This document shows, one piece after another, positions 1-10,219 of a stretch of 64,000 nucleotides of DNA. The notes beneath the pieces were generated by a model. It made no database searches and was not told where the DNA came from. It saw only the letters and a list, made by a program, of their open reading frames with translations. Origin of the DNA: Bacteroidota bacterium (GTDB lineage: Bacteria; Bacteroidota; Bacteroidia; Bacteroidales; VadinHA17); the NCBI GenBank assembly GCA_018262715.1, contig JADFDS010000041.1:5697-69696 (forward strand). Reading direction: 5' to 3'. The stretch's first letter is position 1. Every line of letters begins with the position of its first letter. The position numbers and the translations under genes were made by a program.

Positions 1-2
1 CT

Positions 3-1874
3 CCCGGCAAACCCCTCAGCGAACTCGATTTCCTGTGGTACAGCGGCCTTTACCGCAACGTAAACCTGTATGTTACTGACAGATTGCACATTACCGCACC
101 ACCTGAGTATCTCTCCACACTGGGCGGAGGCATCCTTACCGGCGTCAGGGATGTGAGTCGCGAGTCGGCCACCCTGGCTCTCTCAGTGCATATAAGTAAT
201 GATGACCACATACCCAGGTCATTCAGGATGAAAAACACCCTTCTTGATGCCGCCGGACTGGAGGTTGCCTCCTCGCTGTCAGAGCTTACCGACCTGGAGC
301 CGGGACAGGGTCAGCGTCTCGAGACCAGGATGATTGTGATGCAACCTTCATTATGGACCCCGGCCACTCCTTTCCTGTATACCATACGTACCGAGCTACT
401 CTCAGACAACGGCACAGTGATTGACCGCCGGGAAACCCGCACCGGCATAAGGACAGTGAGGATCACACCTGACAAGGGTCTGCTCCTGAACGGTGAGTCT
501 GTCAGGATTACGGGAACCAACAGGCACCAGGAATATCCGTATATCGGATATGCCCTGTCTGACAATGCCAGTTATCGGGATGCCTTCAAGATCAGGGAGG
601 CAGGCTTCAACCTGGTCAGATGCTCCCATTATCCTCCGGCACCCGCATTTCTTGATGCCTGTGATGAGCTTGGCCTGATGGTCATTGATGCCATCCCCGG
701 ATGGCAGTTCATGGGCGACTCGCTTTTTGCAGAGGCTACTGTGCGTAATACACGCATGATGTGCCGTCGTGACCGCAACCACCCGTCGGTGGTGATGTGG
801 GAGTCATCACTGAATGAGACCGTCATGCCCGTCAGTTTCCTCACCAGGCTCCACCAGACGGTAAAGGATGAACTCCCCCTTGGCAATAACCTGACCTGCA
901 GCTGGATGGATACTGTCTGCGATGTGTTCATCCCGGCACGTCAGCATGCCGGAGCTCCCCGGTACTGGAAGGATTACAGCAAAGCAAAGCCTCTCTTCAT
1001 AAGTGAATACGGCGACCGGGAGTATTATGCGCAGAATGCAGGATTCAACCAGGCTGAATTTTCTGACCTTCAGCCTGCCGAAAGAAACTCAAGACAGCTG
1101 AGAGGTGATGGCGACAGACGCATGCTGCAGCAGGCATATATTTTCCAGGAGGCGCATAATGACAACCTGAACGGTCCGGGATTCGGCGATGCCAACTGGC
1201 TGATGTTCGACTACAACAGGGGCTATGCCCCCGATATTGAAGCCTCGGGCATCATGGACATATTCAGGCTGCCCAAGTTCGCCTGGTATTTCTACCGGAG
1301 CCAGACCGAAGAGGGCCCGGTATGCTTTATCGCCCATTATAACCTGCCCTCCTCAGGCAATACTGTAAGAGTGTACAGCAATGCTGACACCGTGAAGCTC
1401 TTCCGCAATGACACGCTTATTGCGGTTCAGGGGCCTGACACTGACAGCAACGCTGTCAATCTTCACCATCCCCCCTTCACATTCATCCTTCCGGATTATT
1501 TGCCAGGGACATTAAAGGCCACTCCACTGCGCAACGGAAAGGAGACTGCATCACATTCAGTCACCACCCCGGGCGGGCCTGCAATCATCCGGCTGTCAGC
1601 CGACTTCAGCAACAAGCCGTTGCGGGCTGACAATTCTGACGTTATCTTTGTTTACGCTACAGTAACGGATTCAGCGGGCAACCAGGTCCACACCTCCGAT
1701 GCCATGGTGGAGTTCACTGTCAGGGGCAATGCCTCCCTGATCGGTGACAACCCGGCAAAAGCCGAAGACGGAATCGCCTCCATCCTGCTCAGGGCCGGAA
1801 ATGCCGGCAAAATAATGATCAAGGCTTCTTCTCCGGGAATTTCGGAAGCAGAATTGATGACTGAGTCAAAATGA
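3..1874 (+). CDS. Glycoside hydrolase family 2 (beta-galactosidase/beta-mannosidase-like), 5' end cut by window edge
   Basis: The frame is open from nt 3; the listed ORF 84..1874 begins at an internal TTG. Upstream residues ...WYSGLYRNVNLYVTDRLHI and the stretch NRHQEYPYIGYA..RCSHYPPAPAFLDACDELGLMVIDAIPGWQ..RDRNHPSVVMWESSLNE are typical GH2 motifs. Confidence 0.8.
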   Translation, partial: PGKPLSELDFLWYSGLYRNVNLYVTDRLHITAPPEYLSTLGGGILTGVRDVSRESATLALSVHISNDDHIPRSFRMKNTLLDAAGLEVASSLSELTDLEPGQGQRLETRMIVMQPSLWTPATPFLYTIRTELLSDNGTVIDRRETRTGIRTVRITPDKGLLLNGESVRITGTNRHQEYPYIGYALSDNASYRDAFKIREAGFNLVRCSHYPPAPAFLDACDELGLMVIDAIPGWQFMGDSLFAEATVRNTRMMCRRDRNHPSVVMWESSLNETVMPVSFLTRLHQTVKDELPLGNNLTCSWMDTVCDVFIPARQHAGAPRYWKDYSKAKPLFISEYGDREYYAQNAGFNQAEFSDLQPAERNSRQLRGDGDRRMLQQAYIFQEAHNDNLNGPGFGDANWLMFDYNRGYAPDIEASGIMDIFRLPKFAWYFYRSQTEEGPVCFIAHYNLPSSGNTVRVYSNADTVKLFRNDTLIAVQGPDTDSNAVNLHHPPFTFILPDYLPGTLKATPLRNGKETASHSVTTPGGPAIIRLSADFSNKPLRADNSDVIFVYATVTDSAGNQVHTSDAMVEFTVRGNASLIGDNPAKAEDGIASILLRAGNAGKIMIKASSPGISEAELMTESK

Positions 1875-1903
1875 CTCCGCTTCCCGGGTTACCGGGAAAA
1901 CAA

Positions 1904-4900
1904 TCAGAAACGGAAATAGATGAAGGGTTGGACCACCTCTGATCCCACCTTGTGGAGAAGCAATACCACAGCAAGGGTAACCAGCACCTGTACCACCAGC
2001 GGGAGCCTGATAAAGAGTCCCCTGTATGACTCCTTGACTGTTACGGGCAGGAAGTGGAGGATGTATCCTGAAGCGATCAGTACAACGACAGGCAGGTATG
2101 ACATCAGCACCAGGCCATAGTCTCCCGGAGAAAACGATGAGAATACCTGGTTAAGCATCACCCCGGCCTGTTCCATGGTGCCGGCCCTGAAGAATATCCA
2201 TGCGAAGCTGACAAAGTTGAATGTGATGAAGATCCCGGCGATATGTGCGCCACGTCTTCTTACTGACACCTTTCTGAAGAGCCAGTGCCAGATCTTTTCC
2301 ACAACCAGTGCCATCCCGTGCAGTCCGCCCCAGACCACGAAACGTGTGGCAGCCCCGTGCCACAGACCGCCGAGCAACATGGTGACCATCAGGTTGATGC
2401 CGGTTCGCAGGGGACCTTTCCTGTTTCCTCCGAGGGGAATATAAAGATAATCCTTCAGCCACCTCGAGAGGGATATATGCCACCTCCTCCAGAAATCGCC
2501 TATGTTGGCAGCCTTGTAAGGCGAGTTAAAGTTCAGCGGAAGCCTGAATCCCATCAGCATTGCAACGCCGATGGCGATATCGGTATAGCCCGAGAAGTCA
2601 CAGTAGATCTGCAAGCCGTACCCGTACACCGCCATCAGGTTCTCAAAACCCGAATAGATGGCCGGGGCGTCAAAGACCCTGTCAATGAATCCGGTGGAGA
2701 TGAAATCGGAGATCAGCATCTTCTTGATCAATCCCTGGAGGATGAGAAACAATCCGTACCCGAACTCGTTGCGGCTGATGGTATACTTGCCGTGCATCTG
2801 CGGGATGAACTCTGACGCCCTTACGATAGGGCCTGCCACCAGCTGAGGAAAAAAGGTCAGGTAAAATGCAAAATCGACTATGTTCCGTTCTGCTGCCATC
2901 CGCCCCCGGTATACATCAATGCTGTAGCTGAGCGCCTGGAAGGTGAAGAATGAGATGCCCACCGGCAGTATGATTGTGCTGACATTGAAGTTCGTTCCGA
3001 ACAGGCTGTTCGACCAGGCTGAGAAGATGTCACGGCTGACCAGGGTGGTGTCGAACACAGAGTTGATCAGGTCTGTGAAGAACCCGGCATATTTGAAGTA
3101 TGAGAGGAAACCAAGAAGAATCACAAGGTTGGTTACCAGCCAGAACCTTTTGCCTCCCCTGGTACCTGCCCGGCCGGTCATGATGGCGGTGTAGAAGGTA
3201 AGCAGGGTGGTGAGCAGTAAAAGTATGATGAAGAATCCGCCTGCACGGTAATAAAAATAGAGACTGACAACCAGCAGCCATGTGTGGCACATGGCCCTCT
3301 TCCTGTGCAGCAGGGCGAACCCCGCCATCACCACGAGGAAGAATATCCAGAAGGCAGGTGTGGTAAAGATGAATGACTGGTCGGGGTGGTACCTGAGTAC
3401 TGACGCAATCCAGCCAATAATCTGGCTGACGATGCTGTATTTTCTTCCGTCTGAGATCCCGGTTTCTTCAGTCTCCTCCCCGGATGCGGTTCCGTCTGCT
3501 GAACCGGGATCCTGGCCTGTGGCAAATATTGCGGTGTCAGGCTGGGCCGTAACGCGGGCCTGCATGGAATCAGCAGTGTCTTTCAGACCGGCGGAAACTG
3601 AATCTGCGACTGACTGCGACGGCTGTACCAACGCTGGTGCCGGAGCAGGCCGGGGTATCATGAGGGATGAATAAATCCTGGCAGCAATGGTGTCTGTCCC
3701 TTCGTTTGAAAGGTGTGTCAGATCCTTCGATGACAGCGGAGGCTTGTGATTGTACCAGGTGAGTATTGATCCCGGGCCGCCCATAGACTCCCATGCGTCC
3801 CAGAACTCTGCCCCGCTGCGGGTTGCGGCCACCTTCTGTGCATCGCGGATGGCCCTGATGTTCGGGAACCGGCGTATGGTGTCATTATCCCTCAGGGCCA
3901 TGTCAGTCACGCTGACCAGCACCACAGGCGCCCCGCCGGAGGCCCTCTTCAGATAATTAACCTGCTTTACCAGTCCCTCTTCATAGTAATGGTACTCGCT
4001 TCTGACATTCCTTACCACGTTCAGGCCAAAATGCAGGAAGATGATGTCAGGCTTCAGGTCCGAATAGCATCCTTCAAAACCCCGGATGTCAGTCATTACA
4101 AACTCCAGCCCGGCGCTGCCGCGGACGGGCACGTTGTCTACGATCACGCCCGTGGTGCTCTCGAGGCTCAGTGCGTAAATGTCCGGTGAATTGCGTCCGG
4201 TAAACTCCACCGTCACCTCGGAGACTGACGGAAGTGGGACCGAGTATTCCATCGGCCCCTCGCCCATCTGCATCATTGCAAAATCAACCAGTGAGCTGCT
4301 TGACTTTATGCCGACGAGAACTGTGTCATGATTGTTGCCGTAGAATATCCTGAGGTTGTCATACTGAGATACTGAGGGATCAGCGCCCGGAACGGCACTT
4401 ATTTTCACGGTGGCAAAGGAACGTGTCTGCATGCTGTCACCCGGAGGGGTGAAACGGCACAGCGCCAGCATGGGACCCAGTCTGTTGTGGGGCAATGTCC
4501 CGTTCCTGTAATCAAGGAGCGTGTATCTCTTCCAGTTTGATGAGGAGCGTACCACCCATGACCTGGTATACATCACCGGCATCACCGGGGAGATCATGCC
4601 CGGACCGGTGCCTCCTCCCTCCTCCCTCAGCTCACGCCTGAGGGCTGAGGTGACACGGTCACCCTCAATCTGTGAGTCGCCGTAATAGATGATCCTTACC
4701 TGCCTGCCTGCAGCAACTGAATCCCTGACTGCATTGCCCGCATAAAAGGGAATGGTTGCGTCAGCCGCGGTGGGTGTGACTTCATTATTTCCGGATTCAA
4801 CCGGCAGTCGGGCTTCAACAGGCCTGTCATATAATACGCCGTCAGCCTCCGGCCCGGCACCGGATATTTGTACACTGTCATGTACGACACTCTCCTGCCC

Positions 4901-5008
4901 ATGCGGTATGATCGCCTTTCCCTGTCGCCGGCTGACGGTCAGCAGGCTCAGGAGGAACGATGTCAGAACGACAGCAAGCAGAAATAGCAGGATTCTGCCG
5001 GGGCGCAT
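1904..5008 (-). CDS. Fusion protein: N-terminal SGNH/GDSL-like hydrolase domain plus C-terminal MBOAT family O-acyltransferase (AlgI/PatA/DltB-like)
   Basis: N-terminal TM anchor. SGNH blocks follow (IIYYGDSQIEGD; FLHFGLN; DLTHLSNEG), then a Pro/Ala/Ser-rich linker. The C-terminal part is a polytopic MBOAT domain (FFTFQALSYSIDVYRG; FWRRWHISLSRWLKDYLYIPLGGNR; GGLWHGA). Confidence 0.8.
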   Translation of the reverse strand: MRPGRILLFLLAVVLTSFLLSLLTVSRRQGKAIIPHGQESVVHDSVQISGAGPEADGVLYDRPVEARLPVESGNNEVTPTAADATIPFYAGNAVRDSVAAGRQVRIIYYGDSQIEGDRVTSALRRELREEGGGTGPGMISPVMPVMYTRSWVVRSSSNWKRYTLLDYRNGTLPHNRLGPMLALCRFTPPGDSMQTRSFATVKISAVPGADPSVSQYDNLRIFYGNNHDTVLVGIKSSSSLVDFAMMQMGEGPMEYSVPLPSVSEVTVEFTGRNSPDIYALSLESTTGVIVDNVPVRGSAGLEFVMTDIRGFEGCYSDLKPDIIFLHFGLNVVRNVRSEYHYYEEGLVKQVNYLKRASGGAPVVLVSVTDMALRDNDTIRRFPNIRAIRDAQKVAATRSGAEFWDAWESMGGPGSILTWYNHKPPLSSKDLTHLSNEGTDTIAARIYSSLMIPRPAPAPALVQPSQSVADSVSAGLKDTADSMQARVTAQPDTAIFATGQDPGSADGTASGEETEETGISDGRKYSIVSQIIGWIASVLRYHPDQSFIFTTPAFWIFFLVVMAGFALLHRKRAMCHTWLLVVSLYFYYRAGGFFIILLLLTTLLTFYTAIMTGRAGTRGGKRFWLVTNLVILLGFLSYFKYAGFFTDLINSVFDTTLVSRDIFSAWSNSLFGTNFNVSTIILPVGISFFTFQALSYSIDVYRGRMAAERNIVDFAFYLTFFPQLVAGPIVRASEFIPQMHGKYTISRNEFGYGLFLILQGLIKKMLISDFISTGFIDRVFDAPAIYSGFENLMAVYGYGLQIYCDFSGYTDIAIGVAMLMGFRLPLNFNSPYKAANIGDFWRRWHISLSRWLKDYLYIPLGGNRKGPLRTGINLMVTMLLGGLWHGAATRFVVWGGLHGMALVVEKIWHWLFRKVSVRRRGAHIAGIFITFNFVSFAWIFFRAGTMEQAGVMLNQVFSSFSPGDYGLVLMSYLPVVVLIASGYILHFLPVTVKESYRGLFIRLPLVVQVLVTLAVVLLLHKVGSEVVQPFIYFRF

Positions 5009-5021
5009 TTTTCTTTATTAT

Positions 5022-6584
5022 TCAGCTTTTCTTTCTGATCCGCAGCTTCTGACCCACCATTATCCTTGAAGCATCGGAGATATTATTCAGGCTGAGGATG
5101 TCATTGGCTGAAACACCACTGAACTTCCTGGCTATATCCCACACCGTATCGCCATACCTGACGGTATAGAACTCGTAGTCACCATCTCCGGACGCTGAGG
5201 CTGATGACTGCGGTGATGCCAGTGCCAGTGATGTGGTTCCCACAGGTTTGCCCTCGAGTTGCTGCTTCTCGGCAAAGGTCATGCCGTTGATCTTGCTGTA
5301 ACGCTCTGCCTTTGCAGGATTGACGTATACCGTAAGCTTCTGCCCCACCCTGATGGTGTTGCGGTAGATGTTGTTCCAGTATCTCAGCTCAGAAAGGGGG
5401 ACATCATACCACTCCGAGATGAATCCAAGATTATCTCCGTCCTTGACGGTGTATGTCAGCTTGGTCTTGCCGCTGACATCAGGCGGTGTATACGTCGAGG
5501 TTGTGGGCTGTGGCATGGTGGTCTGGTTGACCGTGGTCAGGTACTGGTCTTTCCTGTAGCCCGTAATGGTGTCAGTCATTGCAATGAAGTCACCCAGCCT
5601 GTCAAGAGGCATGGTGACGGGGCTGGGCCTGCTTCGTCCGGGGACAAGGCCCGTGCGGTATTGGGGATTCATCGCCCTGAGCTCCTCCAGCGGCAGGTCA
5701 AGCACTGCTGCTATCTGCTCAAGATGCATGTCGGTTGACACCATTACTGTGTCAACTGCAAGCGGCAGATTGATCTGCACGGGAGTGATATTATGCTCAC
5801 GGTAGTAGTTCATCGCATAGGTGGCCGCCACATATGCCGGTATGTAACCACGGGTCTCACGGGGCAGGCGGTAGTATATCTCCCAGTAATCCTTCCTGTT
5901 TCCTGACCGGCGGATAGCCTTGTTGACATTGCCCGGTCCGCAGTTGTAGGCCGCAATAACCAGGATCCAGTCATTGTAGATACCGTACAGATCCTTCAGG
6001 TATTTTGCTGCAGCGTGGGTTGCCTTGACCGGGTCACGCCTCTCATCCACCACTGAATTGATCGTCAGACCATACATCCTTCCTGTGCTGTACATGAACT
6101 GCCACAATCCCGTTGCACCTACCCGGCTGACGGCATTTGGATTAAGAGCCGATTCAATGACTGCCATGTATTTAAGCTCCACCGGCAACCCGTAAGAATC
6201 GAAGATATCCTCTATCATCGGGAAATAAAAGTCCTGCATGCCCAGCATAACCCGGAACTTGTCCACCTTTCGTTCCGTGTAAACATGGATGTGGTTGCGG
6301 ACAATATTGTTATAGGGCGGAATTATAATGGAGTTGATTCGGCTGAGACGGTCCTTGTAGATTGAATCACTGAATTCATAAATAACCGAATCGGCAGCGG
6401 AAATGTCGGTGCCGGCAACTGACATCCTGATGAACCAGTTATTCAGGAGGCTGTCTAGATCACGCTCTATCAGCTCCGTTGATTCATCACTTCTTATTAT
6501 TATTGTATCATTAACCGCCAGGGCGGGAAGCGCCACCATCGACAGCAGCAGCGGAAGGACGAGTTTTATCAGATTCTTCTTCAT
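5022..6584 (-). CDS. mltD: Membrane-bound lytic murein transglycosylase D-like with two C-terminal LysM domains
   Basis: Signal peptide. SLT domain motifs (MAVIESALNPNAVSRVGATGLWQFMYSTGRMYGL; AAYNCGPGNV). Two LysM repeats (YTVKDGDNLGFISEWY..GQKLTVY and YTVRYGDTVWDIARKF..GQKLRI). Confidence 0.8.
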   Translation of the reverse strand: MKKNLIKLVLPLLLSMVALPALAVNDTIIIRSDESTELIERDLDSLLNNWFIRMSVAGTDISAADSVIYEFSDSIYKDRLSRINSIIIPPYNNIVRNHIHVYTERKVDKFRVMLGMQDFYFPMIEDIFDSYGLPVELKYMAVIESALNPNAVSRVGATGLWQFMYSTGRMYGLTINSVVDERRDPVKATHAAAKYLKDLYGIYNDWILVIAAYNCGPGNVNKAIRRSGNRKDYWEIYYRLPRETRGYIPAYVAATYAMNYYREHNITPVQINLPLAVDTVMVSTDMHLEQIAAVLDLPLEELRAMNPQYRTGLVPGRSRPSPVTMPLDRLGDFIAMTDTITGYRKDQYLTTVNQTTMPQPTTSTYTPPDVSGKTKLTYTVKDGDNLGFISEWYDVPLSELRYWNNIYRNTIRVGQKLTVYVNPAKAERYSKINGMTFAEKQQLEGKPVGTTSLALASPQSSASASGDGDYEFYTVRYGDTVWDIARKFSGVSANDILSLNNISDASRIMVGQKLRIRKKS

Positions 6585-6588
6585 AAAA

Positions 6589-7224
6589 TTAAAACGTCTT
6601 TACCAGGGCAAATGTTATACCGGGAGACACTCCGGAATAATTAAAATTCACCGGTACAACTGAAGCCCTGATGTCATCGGTTATATCATAGTCAAAAAGG
6701 CTGGCATCGACATGCGCGTCAATTATGGTAAAAAGGTACCATGCCGCAATGCCAATATATGAAAGATCACGGTACTTCCTGTAATAGTCAACACCGTTCT
6801 GGAGGGTGGTTCTGACCCATGCTTCGGTGGAAGGTTTGTAGTCTTTTGGGAAAAGCACAGGATCATAGGTCTTTGGATCCAGATTAACAAGCAGTTCGAG
6901 GTAACTGTCAGTCTCCGGGATGATATCGTTGAAATCCTGGTATGCGTTTATAAAAGTGTTGTAGCTTTTGGTGTTGTAGGTGACTGCATAGCCAAGTGCG
7001 CCGAAACCGGCATAGACTATCGGCACCTTCCAGTATTTACGGTTGTAGATCTGACCGAGGCCCGGGAGTGCGGCAGCGAACATGGTAGCCCTGATGGGTT
7101 CAATTGAATATCTCCTCGCCCTCTCTTTTCTTACAGGAACAGTGTCAGGCGGCTGGGCCGCGCAGGTTAAGGCAATGACAAAGAGAAGAAAAGCTGCTAT
7201 AGTGCTGCTGAGCTTCAAGGGCAA
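6589..7224 (-). CDS. DUF5683 domain-containing membrane protein
   Basis: Motif ALPGLGQIYNRKYWKVPIVYAGFGALGYAV. Lies directly downstream of parB, a position I recall as conserved in Bacteroidota. Confidence 0.65.
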   Translation of the reverse strand: MPLKLSSTIAAFLLFVIALTCAAQPPDTVPVRKERARRYSIEPIRATMFAAALPGLGQIYNRKYWKVPIVYAGFGALGYAVTYNTKSYNTFINAYQDFNDIIPETDSYLELLVNLDPKTYDPVLFPKDYKPSTEAWVRTTLQNGVDYYRKYRDLSYIGIAAWYLFTIIDAHVDASLFDYDITDDIRASVVPVNFNYSGVSPGITFALVKTF

Positions 7225-7256
7225 ACATTTTCGTTTGCCGGCAAATATAAATAAAA

Positions 7257-8144
7257 TTACCTGTTAAGTTTGTCGAGCAATCCTATTATGCGTTCCATCT
7301 CCTCGCTGTCAGAGAATGGAATTACGATTTTCCCGCGCCCTCTTTCATTTATCCGGAACTGTACTTCTGACCGGAAAAGGCTGCTGAGCTGTTTTGACAG
7401 CTCTTCGTATTCGGTGTTGAGCTTCTTCTTTTTCTCGATTTTTGCAGGGTCTTTTGCCGCGGCGCTCTGGAGATGCCTGACAAGGTCTTCTGTTGCCCGT
7501 ACAGACAGATCCTCCTCGATGATATGATAGAAAACATTAATCTGTTTAGCCGGATCTTCGATGTTTACCAGGGTTCGTGCGTGACCCATGGTGAGGTTAC
7601 GGTTGCGGATGCCGAGCTGTATCTCTGCGGGCAGGCGTAGCAGGCGCAGGTAGTTGGCCACCGTTGAACGCTGCTTCCCTACCCTGTCACTGAGCTGTTC
7701 CTGGGTCAGGCTGCATTCCTCTATAAGGCGCTGGTAGGTTATTGCAACCTCAATGGAATCGAGGTCTTCCCTCTGAATATTTTCCACGAGGGCCATCTCG
7801 AGCATAGCCGTGTCATCAGCCGTGCGGACATATGCAGGCACATGTGTCAGTCCGGCCATGCGCGCTGCGCGAAGGCGGCGTTCACCGGCAATGAGCTGGT
7901 AACGGCCGTCGCCTGTCTCACGGACTGTGAGCGGGACAACAATGCCCACCTGGCGGATGGAGGCGGCGAGCTCCTCGAGCGACTGGCTGTCGAAACGAGT
8001 ACGGGGCTGAAAAGGATTTCCATCAATTGCGTTGATGTCTATCTGGAGGTTAGCCTCCACCTTCTTTTCGAGAGCCTCTTTTTCAACACCTTCAATAAGG
8101 GCTCCGAGACCTCTGCCCAGCGGGCTCTTTTTGTTCGTGTTCAT
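7257..8144 (-). CDS. parB: Chromosome partitioning protein ParB
   Basis: N-terminal GRGLGALI, ParB box LIAGERRLRAARMAG, HTH region and a C-terminal dimerisation part. Confidence 0.93.
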   Translation of the reverse strand: MNTNKKSPLGRGLGALIEGVEKEALEKKVEANLQIDINAIDGNPFQPRTRFDSQSLEELAASIRQVGIVVPLTVRETGDGRYQLIAGERRLRAARMAGLTHVPAYVRTADDTAMLEMALVENIQREDLDSIEVAITYQRLIEECSLTQEQLSDRVGKQRSTVANYLRLLRLPAEIQLGIRNRNLTMGHARTLVNIEDPAKQINVFYHIIEEDLSVRATEDLVRHLQSAAAKDPAKIEKKKKLNTEYEELSKQLSSLFRSEVQFRINERGRGKIVIPFSDSEEMERIIGLLDKLNR

Positions 8145-8161
8145 GGTGCGGATAAACAGTT

Positions 8162-8941
8162 TTAGTTCTTCTGCCTGGCTTCCACCCTCTCAAGCAGTTC
8201 ACGGGCCAGGTTGAGATAATTGACCGTACCCCTTGATTCAGCATCATAAAGTATGGCAGGCTGCCCATAGCTGGGAGCCTCCGAGAGCTTCACATTGCGC
8301 TGTATGATTGTATTGAAGACCATCTGCTGGAAATGGCGCGTGACTTCCTCCACCACCTGGTTGGCCAGGCGCAGGCGCGAGTCATACATGGTCAGCAGGA
8401 ATCCCTCAATCTCAAGCGCCGGATTCAGGTTGGTCTGAATGATCTTGATAGTATTGAGCAGCTTGCCCAGACCCTCCAGCGCAAAATACTCACATTGAAC
8501 GGGAATGATCACTGAGTCGGCAGCCGTGAGTGCATTGACTGTCAGCAGGCCGAGCGACGGGGAACAGTCTATCAGTACGTAATCATAATCAGCAGCCACA
8601 GGTGCTATGATCTTCTTAAGTGTCTTCTCCCTCTCGGGCCTCTCAAGCATCTCTATCTCCGCCCCCACAAGGTCAATATTGGAAGGTATGACCGAAAGAT
8701 TGTCAATGCCGCACTGCAGGACAGCCTGCCTTGGATTGACCCCGTCAATCAGGCAGTCGTAAATGGTTGTCTTCACCTGCTTGAGGTCAATTCCCACCCC
8801 TGAGGTGGCATTGGCCTGTGGGTCAGCATCAACAATGAGAACCTTCTTTTCAAGCGCGGCCAGACTAGCGGCCAGATTGATTGCAGTGGTCGTCTTTCCT
8901 ACTCCTCCCTTCTGATTGGCCAGTGCTATTATCCTTGACAT
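8162..8941 (-). CDS. parA: Chromosome partitioning ATPase ParA/Soj
   Basis: Deviant Walker A NQKGGVGKTTTAINLA. Full-length ParA-like sequence immediately upstream of parB. Confidence 0.93.
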   Translation of the reverse strand: MSRIIALANQKGGVGKTTTAINLAASLAALEKKVLIVDADPQANATSGVGIDLKQVKTTIYDCLIDGVNPRQAVLQCGIDNLSVIPSNIDLVGAEIEMLERPEREKTLKKIIAPVAADYDYVLIDCSPSLGLLTVNALTAADSVIIPVQCEYFALEGLGKLLNTIKIIQTNLNPALEIEGFLLTMYDSRLRLANQVVEEVTRHFQQMVFNTIIQRNVKLSEAPSYGQPAILYDAESRGTVNYLNLARELLERVEARQKN

Positions 8942-8973
8942 ATGATCCCTTTTTTCCTTAAATTAATGAGCTT

Positions 8974-8981
8974 CAAATTTA
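8974..8981 (-). promoter_or_regulatory. Candidate Bacteroidota -7 promoter box (TAAATTTG on minus strand) for parAB
   Basis: Exact TAnnTTTG match 33 nt upstream of the parA ATG in an AT-rich intergenic region. An 8-mer with 6 fixed positions is expected by chance several times in 64 kb, so this is weak on its own. Confidence 0.3.
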
Positions 8982-9085
8982 CAATTAATGACCTTGCCCG
9001 AAAGCCGGCCCCATATGTTATTGTAAACAATTTTTTCGGGGTTATTAACACGTTTTGAACAGCCGGTGTGGCTTTCCCGGCCGCT

Positions 9086-10210
9086 TCAGTTGCGCGATGC
9101 GGGCAAGACAGTTATCTCATAAAGGCGCGGCCAGTATTTGCCCGTGACAAAGAGTCGTCTGCCCTCAGCATCCCAGGCAATACCGTTAAGCACATCCGTC
9201 ATCGGCTCGCGCTCCTCGCGCGGAAGAAGGTTATTCAGCTCAACATATCCCAGTACCTTCCCGGTACGGGGATCAATCCGTGCAATCCTGTCAGTCTGCC
9301 ATATGTTTGCCCATAGCTCGCCGTCAATAATCTCAAGTTCATTCAGGTTGTCAACAACACCCTTGTTGTCCCACACATCAACCGAGGAGAGAACATTGAA
9401 ATCAGCGTCAAGGAACCAGATCACGTTTGTTCCGTCACTCATCACCAGGCTGTCGCCCATTGTTGTAAGCCCCCATCCCTGGGTCTGATAATAAATGCGG
9501 TTTATCTGGCGGAGAGTCTCCTTCTCATATACAAACCCGACCTTGCTGGTCCATGTGAGCTGGTAGATCCGGTCTCCCAGCAGCGCCACCCCCTCACCGA
9601 AGAGTGAGCCGTCGAGGCTGACCTGGCTGAGTACCTTGCCTGTCTCCGGCTCTACCTTTCTTAGTGACGACTCTCCCTGCTGGCCGGTTCCCTCATAAAA
9701 GAACCCGTTGTCATATACCAATCCCTGGGTATAGGCTTTCCTGTCGTGCGGAAAACTTTTGACTACCCTGTAGCGGTACGTAACAGGAGTGATGTCCGAG
9801 ACCAGGTTAATGAAGAGGGCCACCGTCTGGGGCCTTGAGGCCTGGGAGAATGCAACTGCCCTGACAGAGATCCTGCCCGGATCACCGTTCATATCAAGTT
9901 CCGCCGTGGCGGGAATGGTTGTTATTGTCCGTGCCAGCCTGCTCCCCACCCACACCTGTACGGAGTCTGCCTGTACCTGACCTGCAGCGGGGGCTACGGA
10001 AAAAACGATCCTGTCCGTACAGGCATAGGAGGCATTGTCAGCAGGTGACAGCACCTCGATCAGTCTCTTTGCCGGCCTCGGGTCATTGTCTGTGGCAGCA
10101 GCAGCATCTTCACCGGCCTTTGTTCCGCGCTTCCCGGCCGAGCCGGAACATGAGATCACGGCTACAAGCGCCAGACTCAGCAGTGAGATGTAAACAGCAA
10201 TTCTCTTCAT
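9086..10210 (-). CDS. Glutaminyl-peptide cyclotransferase (beta-propeller type) lipoprotein with N-terminal extra domain
   Basis: Lipoprotein signal (..AVISC). Motif YTQGLVYDNGFFYEGTGQQGESSLRKVEPETGKV typical of plant/bacterial glutamine cyclotransferases. Confidence 0.75.
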   Translation of the reverse strand: MKRIAVYISLLSLALVAVISCSGSAGKRGTKAGEDAAAATDNDPRPAKRLIEVLSPADNASYACTDRIVFSVAPAAGQVQADSVQVWVGSRLARTITTIPATAELDMNGDPGRISVRAVAFSQASRPQTVALFINLVSDITPVTYRYRVVKSFPHDRKAYTQGLVYDNGFFYEGTGQQGESSLRKVEPETGKVLSQVSLDGSLFGEGVALLGDRIYQLTWTSKVGFVYEKETLRQINRIYYQTQGWGLTTMGDSLVMSDGTNVIWFLDADFNVLSSVDVWDNKGVVDNLNELEIIDGELWANIWQTDRIARIDPRTGKVLGYVELNNLLPREEREPMTDVLNGIAWDAEGRRLFVTGKYWPRLYEITVLPASRN

Positions 10211-10219
10211 GGGTTTTGT

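Noticed and set aside
7257-9085. A parS site (TGTTNCACGTGAAACA-like) in or around parAB, and an origin of replication nearby.
   Set aside because: I could not find a convincing 16-bp parS palindrome by eye, and there is no dnaA gene or DnaA-box cluster in the window. Absence by eye is not proof.
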